Below, piece by piece: positions 35,751-45,236 of a DNA stretch of 64,000 bases (positions are counted from its first letter, which is position 1; every line of letters starts with the position of its first letter). Under the pieces are notes generated by a model. That model made no database searches and had not been told where the DNA came from. It saw only the letters and a list, made by a program, of their open reading frames with translations. Origin of the DNA: Candidatus Fermentibacterota bacterium (GTDB taxonomy: Bacteria > Fermentibacterota > Fermentibacteria > Fermentibacterales > JCC-6). The stretch lies in NCBI GenBank assembly GCA_963845085.1, contig CAWJQI010000005.1, positions 448,502 through 512,501 on the forward strand, written 5' to 3'. A program made the translations under genes and the position numbers.

Positions 35751-36470
35751 GTGAAAAACATCACCTGCTGGGTCTTTGACGCTGACGACACGTTGTGGGA
35801 AAGCGCTGGGTACTTCGTCGAGGCCGAGGACAGGTTCGCAGCACTGATGTCTACCCTCGGGTTTCCCGAAGAGCAGGTGCGCCCTGAAATCCACAGGCGT
35901 GACATCGAGCGCCTCGCACTTACAGGATACGGGCCGGGACCGTACATGGACACACTTTCAACAATCATGCACGACCTTGTGCAGTCACCGCCCGAGAGCG
36001 CCGCAATTGCATTTCATGAAATAGGGGTTGGCCTCCTGAACCACCCAGTAGAGCCGTATCCTGGTGTTATCCATACTCTTGAATGCCTTGCCGGCCTGGG
36101 GCACAGGCTTTTCCTCTACACCATGGGTCAGCGGGAACACCAGCTGGACAAGCTCGAAAAGTCCGGGCTCACCTCTTACTTCGAGGGATCGATAGTGGTG
36201 CCGAGGAAGACTCCGCAGACGCTCGAGGCTCTGCTGCATGAGTTCAACATTGAAAGGAGCGCGGCATGCGTGGTCGGCAACAGCCCGCGCTCCGACATTG
36301 CCCCTGCTCTCCATTGCGGAGTTAACGCAATACTCGTTAAGCGTGCTGCAACCTGGACGGCGGAGCAGATGGAACTTCCCTGGAACAACCTGGTTGCTTC
36401 GGTCGACAGGATTTCCGATATTCGGGTGATGATTCAACCCAACGAACAGGAGGGCCATGGAGGTCTCTGA
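35751..36470 (+). CDS. HAD-superfamily hydrolase
   Basis: GTG start with GGAG 6 nt upstream. VFDADDTLWES is the DxDxT motif I. HRLFLYTMG and VVGNSPRSDI are motifs II/IV. Confidence 0.7.
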   Translation: MKNITCWVFDADDTLWESAGYFVEAEDRFAALMSTLGFPEEQVRPEIHRRDIERLALTGYGPGPYMDTLSTIMHDLVQSPPESAAIAFHEIGVGLLNHPVEPYPGVIHTLECLAGLGHRLFLYTMGQREHQLDKLEKSGLTSYFEGSIVVPRKTPQTLEALLHEFNIERSAACVVGNSPRSDIAPALHCGVNAILVKRAATWTAEQMELPWNNLVASVDRISDIRVMIQPNEQEGHGGL

Positions 36471-37206
36471 CGTTCTGAGCAGCCGATTCGTGGCTTTGGG
36501 TCAGAATCTTTCCTCCCGGGACCAGGTACTCGAGCTGATCTCCAAACTCGCATCCTCATCCGACGCACTTGCCGGAATACCCGCCCCGCAGATCCGGGCT
36601 GCGCTCTCGGAGAGGGAAACCCTCGCCTCCACGGCACTGGGCAATGGTGTTGCGCTCCCCCACTGCAGGATCGACAGCGCAGTCGGCTTTGTTGCCGGTG
36701 TGATAACAACGCACCGGGATGTGAAGTTCGGTTCCCCCGACGGCAGCGGAACAAGGATATTCGCCTTTGTCATCGGCCCAACCGACGACCCTTCGACGCA
36801 TCTCGAGATGCTGTCGAACTTTTCGGGCTTCCTGCGCCGCCAGGAGAACAGGAAGGCGCTTCTCAAGACCGACAGTACCGATCACGTCATCCGGCTCATC
36901 GAGGAATTCCGCAGCCCCGGCAGTTCGGTTCTGCCGGACGTCGGACCCAACCTGAAACTGCTCCATGTATTCACCCGCTCCTCCGACGCATTCAACGACG
37001 TGATGGATGTTCTGGCATCGGGAGGCCACTGCGCTGCCATGATAGTCAATGCCGAGCGCGCCGATTCCTACCTGGCCTCGATACCGGTGTTCGCCGGTTT
37101 CTGGGACACCGAAGTGGACAGGTTCGGACGGATCGTCATTGCAGTGGTCAATGAAAAGCTTGCCAACCAGCTGCTCAAGAAAACTCGAGTTCACCTGCGG
37201 CAGTGA
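36457..37206 (+). CDS. PTS EIIA(Ntr/Fru)-type domain fused to an uncharacterised C-terminal domain
   Basis: ERETLASTALGNGVALPHCRID contains the phosphorylatable-His motif of PtsN-type EIIA. The C-terminal roughly 100 aa (LKLLHVFTRSSDAFNDVMDVLASGGHCAAMIV...) is unassigned. Overlaps the HAD gene by 14 nt. Confidence 0.65.
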   Translation: MEVSDVLSSRFVALGQNLSSRDQVLELISKLASSSDALAGIPAPQIRAALSERETLASTALGNGVALPHCRIDSAVGFVAGVITTHRDVKFGSPDGSGTRIFAFVIGPTDDPSTHLEMLSNFSGFLRRQENRKALLKTDSTDHVIRLIEEFRSPGSSVLPDVGPNLKLLHVFTRSSDAFNDVMDVLASGGHCAAMIVNAERADSYLASIPVFAGFWDTEVDRFGRIVIAVVNEKLANQLLKKTRVHLRQ

Positions 37207-37307
37207 CAACAGCGAAGACATCCTCATCACCATCACTGATGTGCAGCGTGCTGCAGGCAGCCTCAGATCCCCAAACTGTTAACTCGGTTCGTTAACACAC
37301 CATTTCA

Positions 37308-38834
37308 TCACATCTCGAGCGAACCGGTGACGGCTTCGACCGACTCAAGCACATCACCGCTTCTCACCACTTCGACCATCCTGTTGTGGTCGGGGTAGAG
37401 TGGCCTGTCCTCACCAAGATGAGCCACATGCCTTCTCACGGCTGCATGTGCCGCGTTAACGCCATTTCCAAATCTGTGGCTCCTGAAGTCAAGGGCCTGA
37501 GCCGCCGCAATCAGCTCAATCCCCAGCACTCCCATGGCATTCTCAAGAATGGTGCAGTTCTTGAGGCTTGTGTTCATGCCCATGCTTACGAAGTCCTCCT
37601 GATCGGCTGCTGCCGGAATGGATGCGACGGCGGCAGGGGCGCAGAGCATTCTCTGTTCGGCAATGAGCATCCCGGCGGTGTACTGGCTGAGCATGTGCCC
37701 GCTGTACAGGCCCGGCTTCTCGGCGAGAAAAGGCGGAAGCCCGACCGAAAGTGCCGGATTGAGAAGCCTGTTCAGCCTTCTCTCGCTCAGAACCGAAACC
37801 ATCGTGACGGCTGTTCCGGCCATTTCCATGGGAAGGGAAACGGGCGAACCCTGGAAATTGGCCCCGGTGAGCACCGTATCCTCCTCGTACAGAAACAGGG
37901 GGTTGTCGCCAACGCCGTTCAACTCGGTCTCGACCTGGCTGCGGGCGTACGCCAGGGCATCATGGGCGGCACCGATGACCTGGGGGGTGCTTCTCATTGA
38001 ATACGCGTCCTGAACCTTCTGGGGGGTCTTTCCTGTCGCCAGATCACTGCCTTCAAGGCATTTGCGTATTGCCATGGCACTTCGGGCGGCACCCCTGAAC
38101 CCCCTCTCGCGGTGAACCCTGTGATCGTAGGGTTTGAGATTCGCGTACAGGGCCTCAAGGCTCATTGCCGCGGCTATCTCGGCTGTCATCAGCCACCTGT
38201 TCATGTCGTACACATTGAGGGCGGCGATGGCGGTGAGGAGATTCGAGCCGTTTATCATCGCAAGTCCGTCACGGGCCTGGAGGGTCAGGGGTGCAAGCCC
38301 GGCCTTTGCGAGCGCCTCGGCTCCGGGAAGCCTCTGTCCGTCGAAGTAGGCCTCCCCCTCCCCCATCACCACCAGTGCGATCATGCTCATGGGCGCCAGA
38401 TCGCCGCAGGCGCCGACGGACCCCTTCTCGCAGACAACCGGGGTGACGCCTCTGTTCAGCATCGAGACAAGCATCTCGGTCATCTCAAGGCGGACCGCGC
38501 TTCTGCCGTTCGCATGTACGTTGGCCCTTCCAAGCATTGCGGCTCTTACATGCTCGACAGGGGCCGGCCGGCCGATCCCTGCGGAATGGTTGTAGATGAG
38601 GTATTTCTGGAAGGAGAGCACTTCGGATTCGGTCAGCCTGGTCTCGGAAAACTCTCCGATACCGGTGTTTATCCCGTACATAACCTCGCCCTGCTGAAGC
38701 TTGCGTTCAACCATCCTCCTGGAGGCCGTGATACGCTCTCTGGCTTCCGGCGAGAACTCGACCTTTTCACCACGGCGGGCTACAGCAACCACCTTTTCTA
38801 TCGTAAGGCTTTTTCCATCAATAATCACCGGCAT
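37308..38834 (-). CDS. hutH: Histidine ammonia-lyase (aromatic amino acid lyase family) with an Ala-Cys-Gly MIO triad
   Basis: MPVIIDGKSLTIEKVVAVAR, YGINTGIGEF, GSVGACGDLAPMS and NGSNLL. Start moved to ATG 38834 (GGAGG 6 nt upstream). ORF-track start is 38894. Confidence 0.85.
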   Translation of the reverse strand: MPVIIDGKSLTIEKVVAVARRGEKVEFSPEARERITASRRMVERKLQQGEVMYGINTGIGEFSETRLTESEVLSFQKYLIYNHSAGIGRPAPVEHVRAAMLGRANVHANGRSAVRLEMTEMLVSMLNRGVTPVVCEKGSVGACGDLAPMSMIALVVMGEGEAYFDGQRLPGAEALAKAGLAPLTLQARDGLAMINGSNLLTAIAALNVYDMNRWLMTAEIAAAMSLEALYANLKPYDHRVHRERGFRGAARSAMAIRKCLEGSDLATGKTPQKVQDAYSMRSTPQVIGAAHDALAYARSQVETELNGVGDNPLFLYEEDTVLTGANFQGSPVSLPMEMAGTAVTMVSVLSERRLNRLLNPALSVGLPPFLAEKPGLYSGHMLSQYTAGMLIAEQRMLCAPAAVASIPAAADQEDFVSMGMNTSLKNCTILENAMGVLGIELIAAAQALDFRSHRFGNGVNAAHAAVRRHVAHLGEDRPLYPDHNRMVEVVRSGDVLESVEAVTGSLEM

Positions 38835-38979
38835 ACGACGCCTCCCGGTCGGTTGTTTGGTTCGAACGATTCCCAGGGGGAAATCTAACCGCATCCGTTC
38901 GTGGCAGAAAGCTTGCGCAACCGGTGCGGGTTCTATATTCTCACGAAGGACAACCGGCTGAAACGTTGGGAGCGGAAAA

Positions 38980-41391
38980 ATGCAGGATTTTGAAAAAATG
39001 GGGGTGTTCTACCTCGGCAGGGAGTTCGATCCGGAATCGGGGCAGGCCACCGACGGATTGCTCTTGTACGACTCGCGGGACCTCACTACCCACGCCGTCT
39101 GCGTCGGTATGACAGGGAGCGGGAAGACCGGCCTCTGCATTTCGCTTCTTGAAGAGGCTGCGATGGATGGAATACCGGCGATAGCAATCGATCCGAAGGG
39201 AGACCTTTCGAACCTGATGCTCACCTTTCCGGGGCTCTCCCCGGAAGAGTTCCTTCCATGGATCGACCCCGAGGAGGCCGAGAGAAAGGGCATGTCCCTC
39301 AGTGACTTCGCGGCGCAGACAGCAGATGCCTGGAAGAACGGGCTTGCCCAGTGGGGCCAGGATGGCGCACGCATTTCCGAATTGAGAAAAAGGGCCGAGT
39401 TCAGGCTGTTCACCCCCGGTGGAAGCTCCGGGATGCCGCTCTCGGTGCTGCACTCCCTCGATGCCCCGCCCCCGGGCGTGATGAACGAACCCGAGGCGCT
39501 TGCCGAGCGCATCGAAACCGCCGTATCAAGCTTCCTCACGCTGGCGGGCGAGACCAGCATCGAAGTTCACGGCAGGGAACACGTCCTTCTCTCCAGCATC
39601 CTCGGCCACGCGTGGGGTGAAGGCCGTGACATGAGCCTCGAAGAGCTTGTAAAGGCGGTCCAGTCACCGCCGATGAAGCAGCTCGGAGTCCTTGAGCTGG
39701 AAAGCTTCTACCCCTCCTCTGAAAGGCTGAAACTCGCCATGAAGCTGAACAGCCTCGTGGCATCACCCGGTTTCGCCCCCTGGACGAGGGGCGAGCCTCT
39801 GAACATCGGCAGCCTGCTTCGATCCCCCGAGGGGAAACCCCGCATCTCAATACTTTCCATCGCGCACCTGTCCGATGAACAGCGGATGTTCTTCGTTTCC
39901 CTGCTGCTCAATGAAGTGGTCGCCTGGATGAGATCACTGCCCGGTACCGGCAGCCTGAGGGCGATTCTCTACATGGATGAGATCTTTGGCTTCTTCCCTC
40001 CGGGCGCCGCGCCTCCGTCGAAAAAACCGATGCTGACACTTCTGAAACAGGCCAGGGCTTTCGGGCTGGGAGTGGTTCTCGCAGCACAGAACCCGGTCGA
40101 CCTCGATTACAGGGGGCTTGCCAACACCGGCACATGGTTCGTCGGAAGGCTGCAGACCGAGCGGGACAAACTCAGGCTGATGGACGGGCTTGAAAGCGCA
40201 TCCGCTTCGATCATGGAGAGATCCGAGCTTGACCGGCTGCTTTCCGGGCTGGACAAACGGGTCTTCCTCCTGCACGACGTGCATCGGAAGAACCCCGTGC
40301 TGTTTCAGACCCGGTGGGCCATGTCGTACCTCAGGGGACCCCTTGCCGGTGCGCAGATGAAGGCTCTTGACCAGAGAGTCGCCGGCCCGGTTCCTGTTCC
40401 TGTTCCAGTTCCTGTCGCTTCCGCACAGCAAAAGGAGGTTTCCTCCTCGCAACCCTGGACACCGTCAGCCATCGAAACCTTCCACGCGCCGCTTGAATCC
40501 GCTCCGTCCGCCGGCCAGAAGGTCGTCTACAGGCCCTGCCTGTTCGCCAGCGCAAAGCTGCATTTCGTGTCGGCGAAGGACAAGGTTGATATCTGGGAGG
40601 ACTGCACCATCACCCTCCCGATCACGGGCGAGCACCGGGATGACTGGAGCACCGCCACATGCACAAGGGGCAGGTCCGCCCCGATGAACGGAGCGCCCGG
40701 GCAATCCGCGGAGTACGAAGCCTTTGCCCCCGAGGCCGTCAGTGCGGCCTCCCTGAAGCATTTCACGAGCCGTGCCTCGACATGGCTTTACCAGGAGCAG
40801 GCACTTTCAATCTGGGCGTGCGACAAACCCAGGGCTGTGTCCGAACCGGGAGAGGACAAGGGAGCCTTCGCCGCCAGGTTGATCCAGCTCGAACGTGAGA
40901 ACAGGGATGCCCGGGTCGAGAAGATCAGAGAAACGTTCGAGAAAAGACTTCTCGCGATCCAGGACAAGGTCAGGAAGGCCGAGCAGAAAGTGGAGCGCGA
41001 AAAGGGTCAGTACAACCATCAGAAGACCCAGACCGCCGTTTCCGTTGGAGCAACGATAATGGGCGCCCTTCTGGGGCGAAGGATAGGCACCGGAAGCGTG
41101 GGCAGGGCGACAACCGCTGTAAGGGGCGCCACAAGGGCATCCCGGGAAAGACAGGATATCGCTGCAGCCGAGGATGACCTGAAGGTCCAGGAAGAGAGGC
41201 TTCGCGAACTGGAGGAGGAGTTCAGGAACACGCTCGATGAGATGGAGGCCCCGCTGAGGGCCGAGGAACTCGTTCTCGAGCAGAAGCTGGTCCGTCCGAG
41301 AAAGGCTGACACTCATATCTCGAGGACGGGCATACTGTGGATGCCCTGGCTGTCCGGCGATTCCGGAACCATGGAGCCGGGGAGAAGGTAA
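38980..41391 (+). CDS. HerA/FtsK-superfamily (DUF87-like) P-loop ATPase with a long C-terminal coiled-coil region
   Basis: GMTGSGKTG (Walker A), AIDPKGDL, ILYMDEIFGFF (Walker B) and VVLAAQNPVDLD. A PVPVPVPVPV linker follows. The roughly 300-aa C-terminal part has coiled coils flanking a Gly/Ala/Thr-rich hydrophobic stretch. Confidence 0.65.
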   Translation: MQDFEKMGVFYLGREFDPESGQATDGLLLYDSRDLTTHAVCVGMTGSGKTGLCISLLEEAAMDGIPAIAIDPKGDLSNLMLTFPGLSPEEFLPWIDPEEAERKGMSLSDFAAQTADAWKNGLAQWGQDGARISELRKRAEFRLFTPGGSSGMPLSVLHSLDAPPPGVMNEPEALAERIETAVSSFLTLAGETSIEVHGREHVLLSSILGHAWGEGRDMSLEELVKAVQSPPMKQLGVLELESFYPSSERLKLAMKLNSLVASPGFAPWTRGEPLNIGSLLRSPEGKPRISILSIAHLSDEQRMFFVSLLLNEVVAWMRSLPGTGSLRAILYMDEIFGFFPPGAAPPSKKPMLTLLKQARAFGLGVVLAAQNPVDLDYRGLANTGTWFVGRLQTERDKLRLMDGLESASASIMERSELDRLLSGLDKRVFLLHDVHRKNPVLFQTRWAMSYLRGPLAGAQMKALDQRVAGPVPVPVPVPVASAQQKEVSSSQPWTPSAIETFHAPLESAPSAGQKVVYRPCLFASAKLHFVSAKDKVDIWEDCTITLPITGEHRDDWSTATCTRGRSAPMNGAPGQSAEYEAFAPEAVSAASLKHFTSRASTWLYQEQALSIWACDKPRAVSEPGEDKGAFAARLIQLERENRDARVEKIRETFEKRLLAIQDKVRKAEQKVEREKGQYNHQKTQTAVSVGATIMGALLGRRIGTGSVGRATTAVRGATRASRERQDIAAAEDDLKVQEERLRELEEEFRNTLDEMEAPLRAEELVLEQKLVRPRKADTHISRTGILWMPWLSGDSGTMEPGRR

Positions 41392-41457
41392 CAACACAAC
41401 GTCCCGCGAGGACGCGTAAATACTGGCTGCTTCGGCAAACGGACAGGAACACACCTG

Positions 41458-42366
41458 ATGAAATGTCTCGTGACGGGCGGAACCGGGTTCGTAGGCTCCA
41501 ATCTGGCCCTCTTCCTGCAGGACCAGGGCCACGAGGTTCTGATAACCGGCAACGAATCCGAGCAGCCGATACCCGAATTCAAGGGCAAGAGGCTGTTCCC
41601 GGGGCTTCTGGGGATCGACTGGGACCAGGTCGGGGGAATGGATGTTCTCTTCCACCAGGCGGCGATCAACAACACCCGGATGACCGACCGGGCAGAAATG
41701 CTCCGCGCCAACCTCGAGTCATCCGTGGCCCTCTTCCGCCACGTTGCACGGCATGGCTGCAGAAAGATAATCTACGCATCGACGACCGCCGTGTACGGAA
41801 GGAATCCGTCTCCCTACAGGGAAGAGGGACCCTTCGACCTCAACACCCCCTACGCGGAATCCAAGAAGCTCCTTGAGGAGGCTGCATCAAGCCTTGCAGA
41901 GGAATTCCCGGGGCTTGTCACCGTGGGGCTTCGCTACTGCAATGTCTACGGCCCCAGGGAAAACCACAAGGGAACAAGAGCCACGATGATCCACAGGTTC
42001 GCCATGCAGATGCTTGAAGGCGACCCGCGCCTTTTCGAGTGGGGCGAGCAGAAACGTGACTACATCTATGTCAAGGATGTTGTAAGGGCCAACATGTGCG
42101 CTGCGTCGGCCGGGAAGAGCTGCGTGGTCAACTGCGGAACGGGGACGGCAACGTCGTTCAACGACATCGTGGGGATACTCAACCGCGTTCTGGGGTTGAA
42201 CAGAACACCCCGGTACATCGAAAATCCCTTCGAGGGCGATTACCAGAATGACACCACGTGCGACATGAGCCTCGCTGCGAAGACGATCGGCTTCATTCCA
42301 CAGTTCGACATCACTTCCGGTATCGCTGACTACCACCGGGAGGGCTGGCTTACAGCGGGGCCCTGA
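41458..42366 (+). CDS. NAD-dependent sugar epimerase, ADP-glyceromanno-heptose 6-epimerase (HldD)-like
   Basis: MKCLVTGGTGFVGSNL, YAESKKLLE (YxxxK) and ENHKGTRATMIHRF...LFEWGEQKRDYIYVKDV resemble HldD. Confidence 0.65.
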   Translation: MKCLVTGGTGFVGSNLALFLQDQGHEVLITGNESEQPIPEFKGKRLFPGLLGIDWDQVGGMDVLFHQAAINNTRMTDRAEMLRANLESSVALFRHVARHGCRKIIYASTTAVYGRNPSPYREEGPFDLNTPYAESKKLLEEAASSLAEEFPGLVTVGLRYCNVYGPRENHKGTRATMIHRFAMQMLEGDPRLFEWGEQKRDYIYVKDVVRANMCAASAGKSCVVNCGTGTATSFNDIVGILNRVLGLNRTPRYIENPFEGDYQNDTTCDMSLAAKTIGFIPQFDITSGIADYHREGWLTAGP

Positions 42367-42387
42367 AAGATCCCGGCCTGCTCAGTA

Positions 42388-43437
42388 TCAGAAGAGGTGG
42401 CGGGCCAGCCCCAGTATTCCCTGGCTCCAGGGCACCCTGTGGGAAACGCCCCCGTCGTTCTTTCCGTAGCTGTCCCTGTTGTCGAGATACCACTTGTAGT
42501 TCCTGAGCAGCGCATCCTTGTTGGAATACCGGGGAGCGAAGCCCAGAACCTTCTCCGCCTTTTCGATCGAGACGAAGGAATCCTTTGTGGCGGTCTTGTA
42601 GACCCAGGGGTAAAGGGGCGAGAGCTTGAAGAACTCGAGCAGTTCAAGAGCGAAAATCACGAGGTTGGCCGGCGATTCCTTGATCTTTCTCCCGAAGCCG
42701 GCCTTGTCGAGAACCACCTGGTAGTCTTCGCGCATCGTGGTGTACTCTTTCGCGCCGATGTTGAACTCGGTGTTCACCGCAGCTGGATCGGGATGTTCGG
42801 CGGAGAGTTGGATGCAGTCGCAAAGGTCTTCGACATCAAGCAGCTGGTAGAGGTTCCTTCCCCTTCCGATCATGGGAAAGCTTCGGCCCTCGGAAGCCCA
42901 CTGGTAGAATATCGCGAAGACACCAAGACGCTCGGGGCCGACGAATGACTTCGGCCTGAGCGTGGTGATGGTCATTCCCTTCGAGCGGTACCCGGCAACG
43001 ATCTTCTCGGCTTCGATCTTGGTGTGGCCGTACGGTCCCACCCCGACCAGGGGATCACTCTCGTAAAGGGGGTGCTTCTTCGGAATCCCGTAAACCGCGG
43101 TGGAGCTGATGTAGATGCCGCGCTTCACGCCGTGGCGGAGGGCGCATTCGAATACGTTCCTGGTGCCCTGAATGTTGGTGGTGAGTATGTCGGATTTGGG
43201 GTACAGGGGCAGCGCCGCAGCGCCGTGCATCACAACATCGAAACCGCCTGCCATGCACGCGTCGAGTGCCGCAGTGTCGCGGATGTCAATGAGATGATGC
43301 CGGATCCTGTCGGCAACGTCGGGATATGTGAACGGCTCGATGTCGATCGATTCAACCTCGTGCCCTTCATGCAAAAGATGGCGTATCAGGTTGATGCCGA
43401 GAAACCCGGACCCGCCTGTAACAAGCCAGCGACTCAT
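42388..43437 (-). CDS. NAD-dependent epimerase/dehydratase-family protein
   Basis: MSRWLVTGGSGFLGINLIRHLL and YGHTKIEAEK (YxxxK). Confidence 0.75.
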   Translation of the reverse strand: MSRWLVTGGSGFLGINLIRHLLHEGHEVESIDIEPFTYPDVADRIRHHLIDIRDTAALDACMAGGFDVVMHGAAALPLYPKSDILTTNIQGTRNVFECALRHGVKRGIYISSTAVYGIPKKHPLYESDPLVGVGPYGHTKIEAEKIVAGYRSKGMTITTLRPKSFVGPERLGVFAIFYQWASEGRSFPMIGRGRNLYQLLDVEDLCDCIQLSAEHPDPAAVNTEFNIGAKEYTTMREDYQVVLDKAGFGRKIKESPANLVIFALELLEFFKLSPLYPWVYKTATKDSFVSIEKAEKVLGFAPRYSNKDALLRNYKWYLDNRDSYGKNDGGVSHRVPWSQGILGLARHLF

Positions 43438-43529
43438 CTGAGACCCCTTGGTGGAAGTTTTGTTTTCCTGAGCGGTAATACCGCAACATCATCAACACGG
43501 AATATAGGGATTCGACACTTCGTCTGCAC

Positions 43530-44057
43530 TCACCTGGCGTTCCAGCGCTCCCAGTGAACGGCCGACTCGTCGAACTTCTCCTTCGCGAGAACTTCGTCCC
43601 CCGGGTGGCCGACTGGGATCAGGTTCAACGGGACCACGTCGTCGGGCAATTCGAGAACCCGTCTCACCACCTCGACCCTCTCCGGCCTCGGGTGCACACC
43701 GGTCCAGACTGCCCCCAGTTCAAGGGCTTCGGCTGCGACCAGAAGGTTCTCGGTGGCTGCACTGCAGTCCTGAACCCAGTAATCGGGCGGGCTTCCCGGC
43801 CTGCAGCGCGAGAGAACGCCGCAGACCACCACAGCTGCCTGGGCCTGTGCGGTCATCGCGGCATACGGCAGCCCTGCAGCAAGCAATGCAAGCTTTTCCC
43901 GGTCAGTGACTATCACGAACGCCCACGGCCGCATGTCCATAGCGGAGGGCGCCGACATGGCCGCCCTGACAAGCATAATGAGGTGCTCCCTGTCAACCGG
44001 ACGGTCGCTGAACCTTCTCACGCTCTTCCGTCCGAGAATGGCCTTCAATGCCTCCAT
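43530..44057 (-). CDS. Nitroreductase-family protein
   Basis: Start moved to ATG 44057 (GGAGG 7 nt upstream), giving MEALKAILGRKSVRRFSDRPV...SAPSAMDMRPWAFVIV. The upstream 100 codons of the ORF-track model have no family resemblance. Confidence 0.75.
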   Translation of the reverse strand: MEALKAILGRKSVRRFSDRPVDREHLIMLVRAAMSAPSAMDMRPWAFVIVTDREKLALLAAGLPYAAMTAQAQAAVVVCGVLSRCRPGSPPDYWVQDCSAATENLLVAAEALELGAVWTGVHPRPERVEVVRRVLELPDDVVPLNLIPVGHPGDEVLAKEKFDESAVHWERWNAR

Positions 44058-44144
44058 AAGAGACCCTCCCTTCCTTCTTTTCGATATAGTCGCGCAGAGC
44101 CGGGAAGGTGTCAAGAGGTGAAGCTCGGACCACACAGATTCAGC

Positions 44145-45236
44145 ATGCAGGAAGCCGCCGGTGCGATGGGGGACCTCGGTACGCTGTTCCCCCTCGCAAT
44201 GGGCTACATTGTCATCTGCGGGATGGATCCCGCCGGCATCCTGGTGATGATGGGGCTTGCCAACATTGTAACCGGCCTGGTCTACAGGCTCCCGATGCCC
44301 ATCGAGCCGATGAAGGTAATCGCGGTTGTGGCCATCGCGCAGGGATGGGAGCCCACCGTCATCCATTCCACCGGGTTCGCCACGGGCGTGATCTGGGTGA
44401 TCCTGTCATTGTCAGGCGTGGTCAGCTTTCTTGCTGTGATCACTCCGAGGGAGGTCACCAGGGGAATTCAGGTGGCACTCGGCGTCATGCTCTCCATTGA
44501 AGCTGTGAAGCTCATGGCAAGCGGTCTTCTGCTCGGGGCCGTTGCCATCATTCTCATCCTTCTTCTCAGAAAGAGCAGAACCGCGCCGGCAGCCATTGTG
44601 CTCGTGGCGCTGGGTCTGGCCGTCATGGCGTTTGACGGAACGATTTCGGGGCTCAGGTTCCAGCCCCCCCGCCTTCCCTCAACGGTGTTTCCCTCTGCCG
44701 GAAACGCGTGGCGGGGATTGGTTGGCGCCGGGTTCGCACAACTGGGGCTCACCGCCGCCAATGCGGTCATCGCCACCAGTGCACTGATCTCAAGGTACTG
44801 GCCGGAGAGAAGGGTGACCGAAAAGCGCGTTGCTCTTAGCACGGGGATTATGAACCTGCTTTCCCCGCTTTTCGGCGGGATGCCCATGTGCCACGGTTCA
44901 GGCGGGCTCGCCGGCCAGCATGCTTTCGGCGCCCGCACAGGCGGGGCCAACATTATTGAGGGGACTCTCGAAGCTTTGTTGGGCATTTTCCTCGGTGGAA
45001 CCATAACAGTCCTGTTCGTTGGTTTCCCGGGGGCGATACTCGGTGCCATGATGCTCGCGGTCGGTATGAGGCTTGCGCTCATGGCCAGGGAAAGCACGAC
45101 GGACCGCACGCTTGCCGTCTTTCTGATCACCGCAGTGGTGTCGGTCCTCTTAAACATGGCACTGGGGCTGGTCGTTGGACTATTATCCTCTGTGCTTTTC
45201 AACAGAATCGGCCGCAGGCCGGGAGGGGTGCGATGA
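44145..45236 (+). CDS. MOT1-family (molybdate/sulfate-type) membrane transporter
   Basis: MQEAAGAMGDLGTLFPLAMGYI is the family's GDLGT.iP N-terminal motif. A second half-repeat reads GGMPMCHGSGGLAGQHAFGARTG. Multiple TM segments. The N-terminal 197 codons of ORF 43554..45236 are antisense to the nitroreductase gene. An alternative GTG start lies at 44118. Confidence 0.65.
   Translation: MQEAAGAMGDLGTLFPLAMGYIVICGMDPAGILVMMGLANIVTGLVYRLPMPIEPMKVIAVVAIAQGWEPTVIHSTGFATGVIWVILSLSGVVSFLAVITPREVTRGIQVALGVMLSIEAVKLMASGLLLGAVAIILILLLRKSRTAPAAIVLVALGLAVMAFDGTISGLRFQPPRLPSTVFPSAGNAWRGLVGAGFAQLGLTAANAVIATSALISRYWPERRVTEKRVALSTGIMNLLSPLFGGMPMCHGSGGLAGQHAFGARTGGANIIEGTLEALLGIFLGGTITVLFVGFPGAILGAMMLAVGMRLALMARESTTDRTLAVFLITAVVSVLLNMALGLVVGLLSSVLFNRIGRRPGGVR

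Noticed and set aside
40387-40416. Hexanucleotide tandem repeat (GTTCCT-like x5)
   Set aside because: This is not a CRISPR or VNTR locus. It is in-frame coding sequence for a (PV)5 linker inside the HerA-like ATPase.
43554-44144. N-terminal 197 codons of ORF 43554..45236
   Set aside because: This part is antisense to the nitroreductase gene and has no transporter-like sequence. The conserved GDLGT N-terminal motif begins right after ATG 44145.
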